A stretch of DNA of 64,000 nt from Saccostrea cucullata (Eukaryota), in contig NW_026924631.1 of the NCBI RefSeq assembly GCF_032062105.1, forward strand, positions 124,001-188,000, written 5' to 3'. The position numbers and the translations under genes were made by a program. Positions 1 to 13,192 of this stretch are shown one piece after another. The notes under the pieces were generated by a model, which saw only the letters and a list, made by a program, of their open reading frames with translations, did not search any database and had not been told where the DNA came from. How positions within the stretch are numbered: the stretch's first letter is position 1; each line of letters starts with the position of its first letter.

Positions 1-188
1 TTCATTCTTGTTTATTTATTTTTAACTTCAGATACAGCTGCTTTAAAGAATTTTTTTTAATATTTTCTACTTATTTTATAATTGAGATTACAAGTCATTT
101 TAGGTGACTCCTGCTTATTAGTTCATATGAAGAATAATTTTTCTGCTCATATTTAAGTCTTCAAATCTCATCCTCTGTGTTAACTTAC

Positions 189-2514
189 CTTCTAATGTTT
201 CTCTAACCAGATTAAAACTAGCCTCTTTTGATTGAATATTGTTTATGTTCCTTGAAGAGTCACTGAAAATACAAGAATTAAAATTCTGTATATAAAAGTA
301 CAACTCAGTATAGCAGACTGCAGTATAGCACACCATTAATTGATTTGTACACCCAAAATTGTAATATTTAAGGAGCAGTTGGTAATATGTCATTAATTTA
401 ATAAAACAAAACAAACCAATTACTTACTGTCTTGAAATGAAGTCAATAAATTCTTTCCCAGAGCTAATATCACTGATGCAGGTAATATTCTTATCCTCAC
501 AAAAAGCATCAAGCTGAAATGAATGCACATATAAAACATATTAGAATTTACAGTTATCAAAGTAAGATTTAATTCACTTCAGATTCAATATAATTAAGAG
601 GAATTAAAATTTACTTATTTAGCCACAATTTCTTTTGTATTGTAAACATGATAAAGAATGAGATTTTAAAAACAACTAGTGCTAATTGTAACGGGGACCG
701 TTACAGATGTTCCCCAAACGCTCCCCAACTCCCTTTTGGTGCCATATTCCCTGTAAGCTTCATTAAATAAGACAAACTCTATGCATCTGAGATTTTAACA
801 ACATTTACAAAGAAGTGTACAAAAATCATTTAAACTTTAGCATTTCACGCGTGCACATGTGAATGCATTTGCTTCATGACCTTATCATCTTGTCTGCACA
901 ATCTATATTTTAATACACTGAATATTAAAGTATTTAATCCAAAATTATTAATAAAATACGCTCATTCAAGTGTATGTTTGATTTTACTCATTTCACGTGC
1001 ACGCACGTGCATACATGAGCATGGTGACCATACCCTCTTGTAGAAGTCCATTACATCTATCTATGTTCTAAATTCCACCCCGTTTGGGTGAAAACTAAGA
1101 GAGTTATAGCTGTTTAAAGTTTCAGCCAATCAGATTGCAGCACATGTACACACACATGTATGCATGTGCATGGTGACCATACCTACTTGTAGAAGTCCAT
1201 TATATCTATCTATGTTCCAAATCCCATCCTGTTTGGTTGAAAACCAAGGGAGATATAGCTGTTTAAAGTTTCAGCCAATCAGATTGCAGCGCACGTGCAT
1301 GCACGTGTTTTCATGATAATTGCTTTATTTCATGTTGTAGGATATCCTAATACATGGCTATGTTCAAAATTTCAAAGGATTTCGTCAAAAAACAAGAAAG
1401 ATATTGAGACTTTAGTTGCAGCCAATCAGAGCGAAGTGCACGTGCATGCGCGTGAGATCTTGCTATTTTCACCATGTCGTCATGTCTATACTACTAATAT
1501 ATCCTCACATTATGAGTTTCAAAGTATTTCATCTAAAAATAGAACAGTTGTGGCTATAGCTATTATATTGGTCATTTCACGTGTTGCACGTGCACGCTCT
1601 TGCAAGCACGTGCGCACAAAATGACCTTGATTCCGCAAATCTACATAACATGTCTACTAACCCTAAAAAGGTTTTACCTACATCGGACGAATAGTTTACA
1701 AGATCATTCCCGGAAAAAAAGTTCCAGGAAGAAGAAGAAAAGCTCGTTGCAAAGCAACGAGTAGGTCTTCCGTCCTGTTTGACCGGAAGTAGCTTTCAAT
1801 TTTAACAAAAACGAGAAATAATGCCCCAAAATGGTTTGAATCCTCTAAAGCTATGTTTATTAATGCTAAAATAAGCCATTTTCTGCTACTTCCGGTTTGA
1901 CCGGAAGTGACGACGACAGACGGAAAATTATTTTTTATGCTCCCAGAGACATATGTTACCAAAAAACTTGTCAAGAACAGCAAAAATACGTGTTTTCCGA
2001 CTACTTCCGGTTTGGCCGGAAGTGACGCCGCCGGACGTATTATGATGACTTCAGTAGATTAAAATTGACATTTTGAACAACTTTGCTTCTTTGACGTATT
2101 ACAAATTCTCAATACTTTTTGAGATATAAAGGAAAAACTTTTGGCCCCTATTGGCCCTTAATTTTAGGGGCTAGCCCTTTTTTCGAGATATCATTTGAAA
2201 GATCTTGGAATTCTACACTTCTTTTGTTCTACATGTTTTCACAAAATATTTCTTGGTAAAAAGTTATCGTTGAAAAGGTGTCAAAATTTTTGAAATTCAT
2301 GATAGGACTTTTTTCTGGCCACAGCGAGCGTCGGCCCTTCGTACTTCCGGTGACAATGATATACTCAATTCACTTCTCCAAAGGTTGCTCTATCATCACT
2401 GAAAATTTCATACTTCTATCTTCAACGCTTTTTGAGAACATTGCCGGACAAAGTGACCCTCTAAAAATGACAAAATCGCGAAAATCTCCGAACCGGAAGT
2501 GACGTCATGAAAAT

Positions 2515-2554
<40 letters not shown>

Positions 2555-3846
2555 GCTTTGACCATTCTGTTCTTTACCAGATTTCCCCCTTGTTATACAT
2601 AATGCATCCCCACCCTACCCCACTGATCATAATTTAGACATTTTGAAATCTACACTACCCCATGATCCTTCCATGGGCACATATGTTTCAGCTTTTTTGG
2701 CCCAGTGGTTCCTGAGAAGAAGATTTTCAAAGATTTTTCCTTATATTTCTATGTAAAACTTTGATTCCCTATAATGGCCCCGCCCTTCCCCCGGGGGGTC
2801 ATTATTCCTACAATTAAGAATTTACACTACCCCAGAATGCTTCCACATAAGCTTCACTTTTTCTGACCCAGTGGTTCTTGAGAAGAAGATTTTCAAAGAT
2901 TTTTCCTATATATTTCTATATAAAACTTTGATTCCCCATTGTGGCCCCGCCCTTCCCCCGGGGGTCATGATTTGAACAATTTAAAATCTACACTATACCA
3001 GGATGTTTCCATATAAGTTTCAGCTTTTCTGGCCCAGTGGTTCTTGAGAAGAAGATTTTCAAAGATTTTTCCTATATATTTCAATATAAAACTTTGATTC
3101 CCCATCGTGGCCCCGCCCTTCCCCCGGGGGTCATGATTTGAACAATTTAGAATCTACATTATACCAGGATGCTTCCACATAAGTTTCAGCTTTTCTGGCC
3201 CAGTGGTTCTTGAGAAGAAGATTTTCAAAGATTTTTCCTATATATTTCTATATAAAACTTTGATTCCCCATTGTGGCCCCGCCCTTCCCCCGGGGGTCAT
3301 GATGTGAACAATTTAGAATCTACACTATACCAGGATGCTTCCACATAAGTTTCAGCTTTTCTGGCCCAGTGGTTCTTGAGAAGAAGATTTTCAAAGATTC
3401 TTCCTATATATTTCTATATAAAACTTTGATTCCCCATTGTGGCCCCACCCTTCCCCCGGGGGTCATGATTTGAACAATTTAAAATCTACACTACCCCAGG
3501 ATGCTTCCGCATAAGTTTCAGCTTTTCTGGCCCAGTGGTTCTTGAGAAGAAGATTTTCAAAGATTTTTCCTATATATTTCTATATAAAACTTTGATTCCC
3601 CATTGTGGCCCCACCCTTCCCCCGGGGGGTCATGATTTGAACAATTTAAAATCTACACTACCCCAGGATGCTTCCACATAAGTTTCAGCTTGACTGGCCC
3701 AGTGGTTCTTGAGAAGAAGATTTTTTAATGACCCAACCCTATTTTTGTCTTTTCTTGATTATCTCCCCTTGCGAGGGGATATGTCCCTTCATATTAACAA
3801 TTTAAATTCCCCTTCACCCAAGGATGCTTTGTACCAAGTTTGGTCA

Positions 3847-3883
<37 letters not shown>

Positions 3884-3957
3884 GTGAAAAGTTTACAGAC
3901 GGACAGACAGACGGACAGACGGACGGACAGACAGACGGACGGACGACGGACAAAATG

Positions 3958-4004
<47 letters not shown>

Positions 4005-5918
4005 CGTATCTAGATTTTTTGATTTTCTATCAGACCTGAAAGTTTCATGAAAATCCATGGAGCCGTTTTCGAGAACTCGCGTGCACAAAATCGGTAAGAA
4101 AAAAAATAATAAGAAGAAAAATAGTGGAAAAGAAACCTAAGAAAAACAATAAGGTCTTCCGCTGAAGACGGAAGACCTTAATAATAATAATAAGGCTGTT
4201 TAAAATTAAAACTACGTTTAACGTCACCCGCGCGCGTAGGTTTATGAGAAATGAAAAAAACAAACAATTCGGAATTCCGTATGTCCGTTCCGGTTTGGTT
4301 CTTCAATTAGCGACTGAATTCTGCTTCCCGTAGTGACAGAAAATGTGCTTTGATAGCCGCAGTTAAGGAGGCTGGGGGGTCAACAATTTAACCACAAAGT
4401 AACCACCAGATTTAACTTATTTTTTTTAGATATGGTATCTTAAGCTGTCAACATTCATTTGACAAAGAAAGAAATCATGAATTTTAGTTTTAAATTTTGA
4501 TCATTTTCTATATCTTTATATGGAGCTCTCCTTTTAAAGGAGATAGAAATAGTCTGAAAATGGCTGCCACCCCCCAGCCTCGTCAAGGCAGTTGGTGTCT
4601 TATTAATGAAAACTAGAGAATTAAAGAGTTTGGGACCATAAATGTAAGTAAAAAATAGATTATTTTATGATTATATTAATGACAAAGTCTTGTTTGTTGA
4701 TTTTTTTTTGTCAGTCTTCGAATCATATGTACAGACTGACAGTGACAGACTCTCAGTTCGTGATTCTATTGGCTGAACTTTTCATTGTATTTTGGAGAGA
4801 ATCGAAAAACTTTTTTTACTGAGTGGAAACTGTGTCAAAAACCAAGATTTATATACAGTGAAAAGCATCATTTAAATCTTACTAATATGTTTCATATTAA
4901 AAATATTTCTGTAAAAATCGAAAGGAACAGTAATGAGTAAAGTAATTGATTTCTTCATAATTTATGTACCTACAAATAGAGCTACAATTTTTGGGAAAGA
5001 TAATATACTTGTCATAACCATTTGAGCAGGGAGAAGCTTACCGAAGATAGGGCCTTTCAAGTGAAGGAGAGTAAGGAAAGTGGTTGGGGTATTCCAAGAT
5101 GTGAAGAATCCTGTCTTTTGTGTGGAATTCAAGGTATTAAAGATAATCTAACAGCTATCAGTATGGTCCAAATATTAGTATTCACACTTTCAAAACTTAA
5201 TGCTAGTAGATCTAGTACTAAGAAAAAATACGACATAATTCAATTTGAGGATATTTCATGAACACTTTTAAATATTGTCATCAATAATTTTGATTGTAGA
5301 TATTGATCAACTTTTCCCACAAGAAGAAGCATTTGCCTCCAGGGTACCATGGACGTGTGGCAATATAAATCCAAAGGACAACTGAGGCCTAGTTAAAAGC
5401 CACTTTCCTGCACATTCAGTCTTAGACTACATTGTTTGCTAACAATAGGACTCAAACTGATTTACATACTAAGGAAAATATTACTTAATTGTAATGTTTT
5501 TAATGTACTGAATTGGTTAATTTGAATAAATTCACAATTGTTTGAAAATTTTGTTTGTTTATTTTTTTCCTCCCTCCCTCGTAGGTTTTGAACTTTAGAT
5601 GTGACGTTAAACGTAGAATTAAATTTAAACAGCCTAAGAAACAGAGTAAAAACAATATGTTCCCCAACTTCGTTTGGGGAACATAATTACAACATTGAAC
5701 AATGTTGAATGAAAGCTTAAATTTTGGGATCTGAGAGAGACAGCATCTTCAAATATATTTTTCACAAAAGATGCATTGCTTACCCTCTTAATAAATGAAA
5801 AAAATACATTTTTTTTTACATTTTCAAATACTTATATTGGCCAAAGAACTACTGGTCTATTTAATTTTTTGTGATGACTTACCCATGCAACCAGTGCATC
5901 TCTTTTTCCAGGATCCAT
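189..5918 (-). CDS. 5' coding exons of a Hook/NuMA-like (N-terminal CH-like domain) protein; gene continues beyond the left edge
   Basis: Exons 5883-5918, 428-513 and 189-262 have GTAAG donors and TTTCAG acceptors with matching phases (0, 2). They splice to MDPGKRDALVAWLDAFCEDKNITCISDISSGKEFIDFISRHDSSRNINNIQSKEASFNLVRETLE, which resembles the NuMA/Hook N-terminus (ALxxWxxx...I..LxxG..F). Confidence 0.7.
2518..4000 (+). mobile_element. Helitron-N2/Cg_HINE-like element carrying a Cg170-like satellite array, nested in B
   Basis: Starts AACAAGAGGCCCATGGGCCACATCGCTCACCTGAG, contains an array of 166-bp units and a GACG/GACA microsatellite, and ends with the palindrome AGCTCACTTGAGCCTTCGGCTCAGGTGAGCT. 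Confidence 0.85.
2620..3730 (+). repeat. ~166-bp tandem satellite (about 6.5 units)
   Basis: CCCAGTGGTT recurs at 2701, 2867, 3033, 3199, 3365, 3531 and 3698. Confidence 0.95.
4194..5634. mobile_element. PIF/Harbinger-type non-autonomous TIR element
   Basis: ~34-bp imperfect TIRs GGCTGTTTAAAATTAAAACTACGTTTAACGTCAC / GTGACGTTAAACGTAGAATTAAATTTAAACAGCC, flanked by TAA on both sides. Confidence 0.75.
4367..4582. mobile_element. Small Kolobok-like MITE nested in the Harbinger element
   Basis: TIR GGAGGCTGGGGGGT / ACCCCCCAGCCTCG with TTAA/TCAA flanks. Confidence 0.55.
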
Positions 5919-6299
5919 ATTGTATAAAAATAATCCACTTGGTAGAAAGTTAAAACCATGTAAACCCGTCTGCTTTTAAAACTAAAAACAAAACATTTGG
6001 TTACCAAAAATATATAACGTTAAAGGATTCTGGAAAATATGCAATAAACAGATAAAATCAAAAGATCAAACATTCTCATTAACCTTGTTTTCCAGCAGTA
6101 TGCATCACCAAGTCCTACATATAAAGGGCAGCATTTTACTAAAAATCACAGTATACCTCTCTTTGAAAGATAAACAAATTATCATGACCATTCATGGGCG
6201 ATTTTTACCATTCTTAAACATGTAATTAAACTTAAACTTCAGATTCTAATGTAATAATTTCGATTAGAAGAACTCTTACCATTTTATTGACCAATTAAT

Positions 6300-7310
6300 A
6301 TATACCGTTGTGCAGATGTAAATTCATGTTTACACTTCTTTTCCGATCTTCAAATTTGAGCGGCTGCCTCGTTTTGAATTCATCTGGAAGGAATGGATTT
6401 TTAACAAAACGAAAACTGTTACAAACACGTATGGGTACGTAGATAAGTAAATCTGAACAGAAAATGAAGCATCAGCATTAGTGGGTTTTTTCTGCTTTTC
6501 CATTTCCCTATTTTTTTTATATTGGCTTTATCTGGGGGAATCCAGGGATCATAATTTTGACGCTACAGCTCCAAAGTGATTTATAGTGACTCTGAAAATC
6601 CAATAATGTTAAATTCAGACAAAACTAAAGAACATGGACTTTCCTTTACATTTTTATTCATTTCTTCCAATTCCTTGAATTTGTTAGTGCCCAGCGTTAT
6701 AGCAACAAAATGTCAATGGGGGGGGGGGGTAAAAAGCATCAAAATCTACGCACATTTACTAAATACAGTGCTTAAAATTAACCCCCATAGGATCAAAAAT
6801 AGAGCTAAAACATGCTATGATATCATGTTATTTAATACTATACATGTCAAGAAGAATTATATAGATAACCGATATCCATTAATTATTAATCACAATGTAA
6901 CATTTATGTAAAACATTATTTCTTGATAGTTTAGTAGGTGTATAAAATTTTCGAGAATCATATTTTTAGCACAAAAAAATAATTATCGGACAATTTAAAT
7001 TATTCTCTTCGGAATCTGGACTAACACCCCACCCCCTAAGCTAAAGGAAATCAGATCCTTTTACGAAACTTTATATAATCATCGGGCTCGGACTATGGCA
7101 AAATGACGTAGTCAGATTGTAAACCAATGAAATTGATGATTATATGACCTTCACCTTTGTACATGTATCCCTGAATCAAACGTGTTTTATCTGGATTTGA
7201 ACTATTTATTTTTTCATTAACTATGTTGGTTATACAACACACAGGGATGCGAGAGATTTGAATTATAACTAAAATCCATGTAGAGATATCCCAGGTGAAG
7301 TTTTACAGGT
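6300..7310. promoter_or_regulatory. Probable bidirectional promoter region (Hook/NuMA-like gene and ZNF gene)
   Basis: Lies between divergent genes, is locally CpG-richer, has TGACGT and CCAAT motifs at ~7104-7128, and has candidate non-coding first-exon donors near 6305 (-) and 7294/7309 (+). Confidence 0.5.
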
Positions 7311-7710
7311 TATGTATTTCTATCGTTTAGAGAATAAAAAACGGTGCCCGGTGAAATAGTTCCTCATGTAATTTCACCACTGTATCAGCCAGAATGTTTG
7401 TCCACTGTACAACATTCTTTCGTCGTTTTAAAGTATTTATTCGTTTATTTTGAAAAAAAAAGGAAAAAATCTGAGTTACGCTTAATTTAGTGCATTGAAT
7501 TTCGATTCAATTCAGGACAAAAAAAAATATTTTTATAGACCATTACTTATATTTTTAAATATTGTTTATATTATTATTTCACTGTAAATTCTAGACAATG
7601 CCTTGAATAATATATATATTCATAGTTTATATATAATTAATTTAAAAAAATATTTTGCATAATTAATTGCCAAAAATGTTTCTTTGTCAGAACAAATAAT
7701 GATGTATTTT

Positions 7711-8209
7711 GATATCAGCCTGGGTATTTCAATGGTAAGAGTACTGAACCAGTCATTGAGTCAAGCCATATATTTCCCCCCTCCTGTTATCGGGCTGATA
7801 TCCATCACATTAAAGCCCAAACAGATCCTGTGTCATAACAATACAGATAGATACTCATACAGATGTATGTAACTGAAATTCAAGGAGGAGTTATAGGGAT
7901 TTTTTATAATGTATACAGTAAAAATATTATTATCTTGAACCAATTAATAAGGACAAGAAAAAACTTCAAGATATCTAAAGATTTGATATATCCAGGGTAA
8001 AAAACTCAAAGAATTAGTAACTAGGACTTCCAATTACATCACTTTCAATTCAATAGACATTTCCATGATATTCAACTAATCTGTCAGTGTGTGCAAGATA
8101 CTGAAGTTTATCTGTAACTGGATAGGCAAAAAATATTAATCAGTGATTAGATTAATGTATGGCTGGTCTGGTTCAGTACTCTTCGCACTGAAATACCCAG
8201 GCTGATATC
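7711..8209. mobile_element. Inverted-repeat MITE in the ZNF 5' intron
   Basis: GATATCAGCCTGGGTATTTCA...AAGAGTACTGAACCAG at 7711 is inverted at ~8168-8209. Confidence 0.55.
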
Positions 8210-8321
8210 TATGACCGAAGCTATCAGACATAATTTTGTAATCTTAAATTTCCTTTTATTCAGTACTTATTTTTATCCTGAAGGTAACTTTTTCCTCATC
8301 AGAGAAGACTCTGCATGGTAG

Positions 8322-11300
8322 ATGATGGAGGGAGCTGAAGTTGACCTGGGAGATTACATGGAGGTCGTCACGACCTACCATTGTAAATTCTGTATCCACA
8401 CCTGTCAAACGGTGAAAGATATGGCTCTCCACGTCCAACAGGACCATCTCTCCTCAGCAACCTCTGCAGCCAAAGATCCCCCACAGTCTACTCAGGCAAA
8501 TACAGAGGTAATTACAATAACTATTACATGTATATAATATTAAACCAGAGATGTATAATAGATCTAATGATTATAGTACCTGTATTAACAAAAATTCAAT
8601 TAATGTGTAATGGAAACCACTCAAATACAGAGATATTGAGCAATTCACAAGCTAGACCACTTTTTTAAAAAAAATAAAGAGGGACTCACACAATAGGTAA
8701 TTCTAAAGAATCACAAAATAACTTTTTGATAACCTCAGTAAAGGCATATCTTCAACAATTTACACACAGACAAATAGATAGGTATGCCACTTTTCTATGT
8801 CTCCTCACAAAGAACCTCCTTCAGCTATAATATACACAGTAAAATGGTTGATCATAGGGTCATCTATTTGGACCCAGCATTCAAGCCCCCTTTTTTAACC
8901 TATCAATTCAGATAGATTGATGGAATTCCTCTTGATAACTCCTTTTTCCCCCCTGCAAAGTAGCCTCCACCTTTGTATAACTAGCTGGTGGGCAGGGCTT
9001 GGCCTTCACAGAAATGACAGCATAAAAAACTAAAAGTGAACACTGATATATTAGATATAACTTTCATCATTTTGTACATGCAAGTTATTTCAACTTACTG
9101 AAGTAGCGTATTATATTTTTTCTCTCGGGAAAACTGCATTCAAATTTATTCTTTAATTGCTTTGCATTTCAGAATTCAGATACAGGAACACCAGACGCCC
9201 TCAGCGATGGGACAGTGGCAAATGTCATGGTGATTTCCCAAGATGCCCAGCTTGAACCCCAGGAAAAAGCTCCCACTACTCAAATTCTGAATGAAATCAA
9301 GGCAGAAAATATAGAAACCGGGCTAGACATCACTGAAACTGATCAGCAAAATACTGAGATCCTAAATAATAATGAAAATCCTGCAGAAGAAGAGGACTTT
9401 GTTAACGAAACAAGTAATAAACTAACGTTTGACATAGACGGCAAGATTGTGGAACTATCTCTAGAAAATGGCAACATTGAAAATATGGCTCAGTCGGTTG
9501 TCATGAAGAACAATGTTGAGGGACTGGAAGTATTGGATTCAACGGAAAACTTTATTGCTGTTGAAACGGGGACATCCACAACAGGCACAGAGCCCATCAC
9601 AAAAGAATTGTTTCTATGTGGCCAGTGTAACACTGGATTCACCAGTATGGAACAATGTCAGGATCATATGTATAAAGAACATAATGTAACAGTGGAAGAC
9701 GGAAAAGTGAGCGTGGGAACGCAAGTCGAGACCAGATCACGGAGAAAGAATCAAAAACGCGCCAAAAATGAATCTGAGGAGGTGAAAGCCACGGATTTGA
9801 ATGACTCTGATGTGGAATGGACCATTGAGTCAGAGACGCAATACATCAGTAAGGGCAGTCGTACACGTAGTAAAATCTGCCCTCCCAAGGCACTAAAGAA
9901 TGACTACTACCTCGGGAAGACAAGATCGAGTGATTCTAATAAAACTGAACACAAGCCCAGACAACCCAAAAGTGCCCTGAGTTACCAAAACAAATGTGGA
10001 AAACCAGGGTGTAATGCCAGGTTTCTGACCAAAGCAGCATTAGAAATTCATCTGAAGTGTCACACAGACAAGCCAGAGGTTTTCATGTGTCCTGAGTGCC
10101 AGCAGGAACAGAACCGATGGCGTCTGGTACGCCTGCACTTGTGGAAGGCCCATCAGATAGACACAGACTTGTTGAAGTGTGATCAATGCGATTATAAAAT
10201 CGATACGGCCAGCCGACTGAAGGTCCACCAGGAAATACACAGTAAAGAGAAGCCATACACGTGTGACACGTGTGGAAAACACTTTCGACAGCAAGCGCAG
10301 ATGAGAAACCATCAGATGGTGCACAGTGACAACAAAAATAGTGACAAATGGTATGAAGAGAAACTAAGGATTTTCTGAACACAGAATGATTTCATTTGAC
10401 TAATTTTCAAACAGTATCAGATCATTTGATATTTCACACCACCATACAATCACTTTTTATTCACAAGAACTTTAAATTTTTTTGTAATAAGGAAGATTGT
10501 CTGCTAGTGATGTATTTTTATTCTCAAATTTATTTTTATATTCTTTAAGATTTTATAGATCAATAACCAGAAAATTTTGTCTTGCCAATATATACCATAT
10601 AACTATGTTGCAAAAGTTAGGTTAGATATATTATTAATTATTACTGAAATGCTCTACCTTAATTATGCATCTGGGTTTTTTTTCTTTGCCTAGGTATGGT
10701 GAGCAAGAATGTGAGATCTGTAGTCGCAAATTTGTGAGCAAGAAATGTCTACAGGTCCACCTTCAGGTGGTGCATGGGAACCACAAGCCCTTCTCCTGTA
10801 CGGTGTGTGAGTACACCACAGCCAGAAAGGCTCAGCTGGAACTCCACATGCGGACTCACACTCAGGAAAAACCATTCAAGTAAGTAAAACAGAAAGAGGC
10901 CAGAAATATTCTAGTTAGTTAGATGAATTCAGATATTTTGAAAATACATACTGGTATTTTCTTGCCAAGATGGGGTCAATTTTTATGCCCCCTGCAAAGA
11001 AGGGGGGGCATATTGCTTTACTGCCATCTGTCGGTCAGTTGGTCCGTCTGTCTGTCGGTCCATTTAGTTTCCATTCATTTTCTTCACAACCGTTGCACAT
11101 ACTGAAATGAAATTTGGTATACAGATTTATCAGATGAGTATCTAGGTCAAGTTCTGTTTTGGATACGAATACCTGGATCTCTTTACATATTGAAAACAAC
11201 AAAAATTAACTTCTTAAAAAGTGATTGCACAGTAAGGTTTTAAGGATCTTATTTTTTTGTCTGTTTTTAAGACGTATAATTTTAGGATTGGTATTTTGTT

Positions 11301-12411
11301 GAATTAGCTCAATCATATTATTCAATATGGTTAAAAATCTTCTGAAATCTACTGAAGATTTTAATTTTCATACCGGTAATTACATCAAAAAGAGTAATGT
11401 TTTTGTATTTTCCTTATTTCTAGATGTGACGTCTGCAACTATGCCTCCATAGATCACAACTCTCTGAGGCGCCACAAGATGCGTCACAGTGGACAGAAGC
11501 CCTACAAGTGTCCCCACTGTCCTTACTCCTGTATACAGGCCATCTGCTTCAAAACTCACATGAAGAACAAACATTTCGGTGCTCATGGAATCTTCTGCTG
11601 TGAGTTTTGTACCTACAAGTCAGTCAATGAACAGAAGTACTTGGACCATGTGCGTGATCATAAAAATGGACTCATTCCAACTACCTCAGTGAAAAAGAAA
11701 CCTGAAAACATTACATTTGCTCCAAGAATTCAGAATATCAGTCAGTCTGTTCCACATATAGAGATTGTCAATGCTGGTGAGCAGGCTCCAGTTTTTGTTG
11801 GGGGCAATGTGGAAAATCCGGGTAATCAAATCCAGATGCATGTGGAGATGTCGGAATCCGGGGAGCGAAGCATTCGAGAGGAGGACCTTCAGCGGCTGAT
11901 GAGAGAAGGACTGGTCACTCAAGATATCACACAGCTTATCTCTTGTGCCATGAATGCCATTTCTCAGGAAACCTCCATCCAAGGGGGTGAAAGTCACATG
12001 TCTCCCGTTCCAAATTCTGGACAAGTTACTACTCACATGATCACCTTTCACCTCCCTCCTCCTCCTTCTAACAGTAACACAGTACAGCTGCAGGATCAGA
12101 ATATAGTCACGGTGGATCCGTTAACTTCTAAAAAAGATGAAAAGAAGGAGTCAACAGCACCTGCTGTATATTTCACAGAAAATCAAGGAGTGCTCCTAAA
12201 CACCAGTGATATTCAACTACAACAAGAGGGGGATCCAGGTTCTGTTCTGTTAAACATTCAGAGTTCAGGTGTACCAGCTAATCTGATCCAGATTGCTGCT
12301 AATGAAGCAGAGGTTACCCAGAGTGCGACCATTCAGGACTTGGCTCAAATCAGCTGTCTTGTGAAGGACTCTGTGTATACTACAACAACTTACAGTAATA
12401 TAGAAGGATAG
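8322..12411 (+). CDS. Multi-C2H2 zinc-finger protein (~845 aa, 4 coding exons)
   Basis: Exons 8322-8507, 9173-10350, 10694-10879 and 11424-12411 with GT-AG junctions and phases 0/2/2. Many CxxC...HxxxH fingers with EKPY/EKPF/QKPY linkers; acidic N-terminal half and Q-rich tail. Confidence 0.9.
10980..11165 (-). mobile_element. HINE 3'-end fragment in a ZNF intron
   Basis: Palindrome ATGCCCCCTGCAAAGAAGGGGGGGCAT followed by a GTCT/GTCC microsatellite. Confidence 0.55.
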
Positions 12412-12749
12412 TTATACATGTATACATATACATGTATTTTATAGGGGTACATACCAGGTGTATGTGTTATTTATTGTCAGTTTATAATAAATATTTTTTT
12501 TAAAATGCCTTATTTTTCGTTGGTATTGAATGAGTATTGAAACATTTTTATAAGCATATGAATATTACATGATCAACTTTTTTGTGGCAATTTGATCATA
12601 AATTAAGTTTTGATTTCTACAGTCATGAATTAATTGCAAACAAGGGATACTCCAAAAACATGAACTGGAAATTTAAAGAAGTGATTAAATATTGATTGAT
12701 TCTTCTCAGTCTGGCCAGAGACTTTAATTGTTATAATGTTATTCCTGTC

Positions 12750-13054
12750 TCTGGTGTGGCAACACATATTTCTAAGCCAAGATATATCCCCCACCTGCCA
12801 TATGGATATAATGGCAGTGTCAATGTTTTGCTATGGGAAACCCAAAATATGTGTCAGATCAAAAGTAAAATAGGAGGTGCACACTGGCAATATGTAATAA
12901 AGATTAATTCTGTGAAAGTCTCATCAAATTCCATTCAACGGTATTGGTATGAGAGGAGTTGTGGATTTGAGATTGATGGGTACCCCAAAGCGTAACAGAC
13001 AGACAGACATCCCGATTACTATATACCCTCCCGCTTTTCAAGCAGGGGTATAAT
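12750..13054 (+). mobile_element. Short HINE-like element between ZNF and BLOC1S4
   Basis: CAGA microsatellite followed by the 3' palindrome-like ATATACCCTCCCGCTTTTCAAGCAGGGGTATA. Confidence 0.55.
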
Positions 13055-13192
13055 AAGATGTATGATTTAGTTTGAAAACATTGAGGAAAAAAGCCATGGA
13101 AATGCATAGGCTGGGGAAGAGCAAGAGTTGTCTTTCTTTTCTAGTACTCTTGTGAGGTTGGAGGTAGATAAAGTATATGTTTGTCAGCAGTC

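Larger units (their letters stand above)
1741..4180 (+). mobile_element. Helentron-type non-autonomous element (HINE B) nested in A
   Basis: 5' hairpin GCTCGTTGCAAAGCAACGAGT plus subTIR AGGTCTTCCG; 3' palindrome AAGGTCTTCCGCTGAAGACGGAAGACCTT at 4151-4179. Confidence 0.75.
674..5686 (+). mobile_element. Helentron-type non-autonomous element (HINE A), host of several nested insertions
   Basis: 5' hairpin TGTAACGGGGACCGTTACA and subTIR ATGTTCCCCAA; ~149-bp internal tandem repeats (ATGGTGACCATAC at 1021 and 1170); AAG/TAA microsatellite; 3' palindrome ATGTTCCCCAACTTCGTTTGGGGAACAT at ~5657-5684. Confidence 0.75.

Noticed and set aside
2620-3730. Regular repeats suggestive of a CRISPR array
   Set aside because: Head-to-tail 166-bp satellite without unique spacers, in eukaryotic DNA with no cas genes.
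3709-4088. ORFs with DGQT / VCPS repeats, also at 22488-22670 and 24012-24212
   Set aside because: Translations of the HINE microsatellite ends.
10040-10382. Antisense ORFs over ZNF, OSGIN and BBS4 exons
   Set aside because: Shadow ORFs of real coding exons with no independent support.
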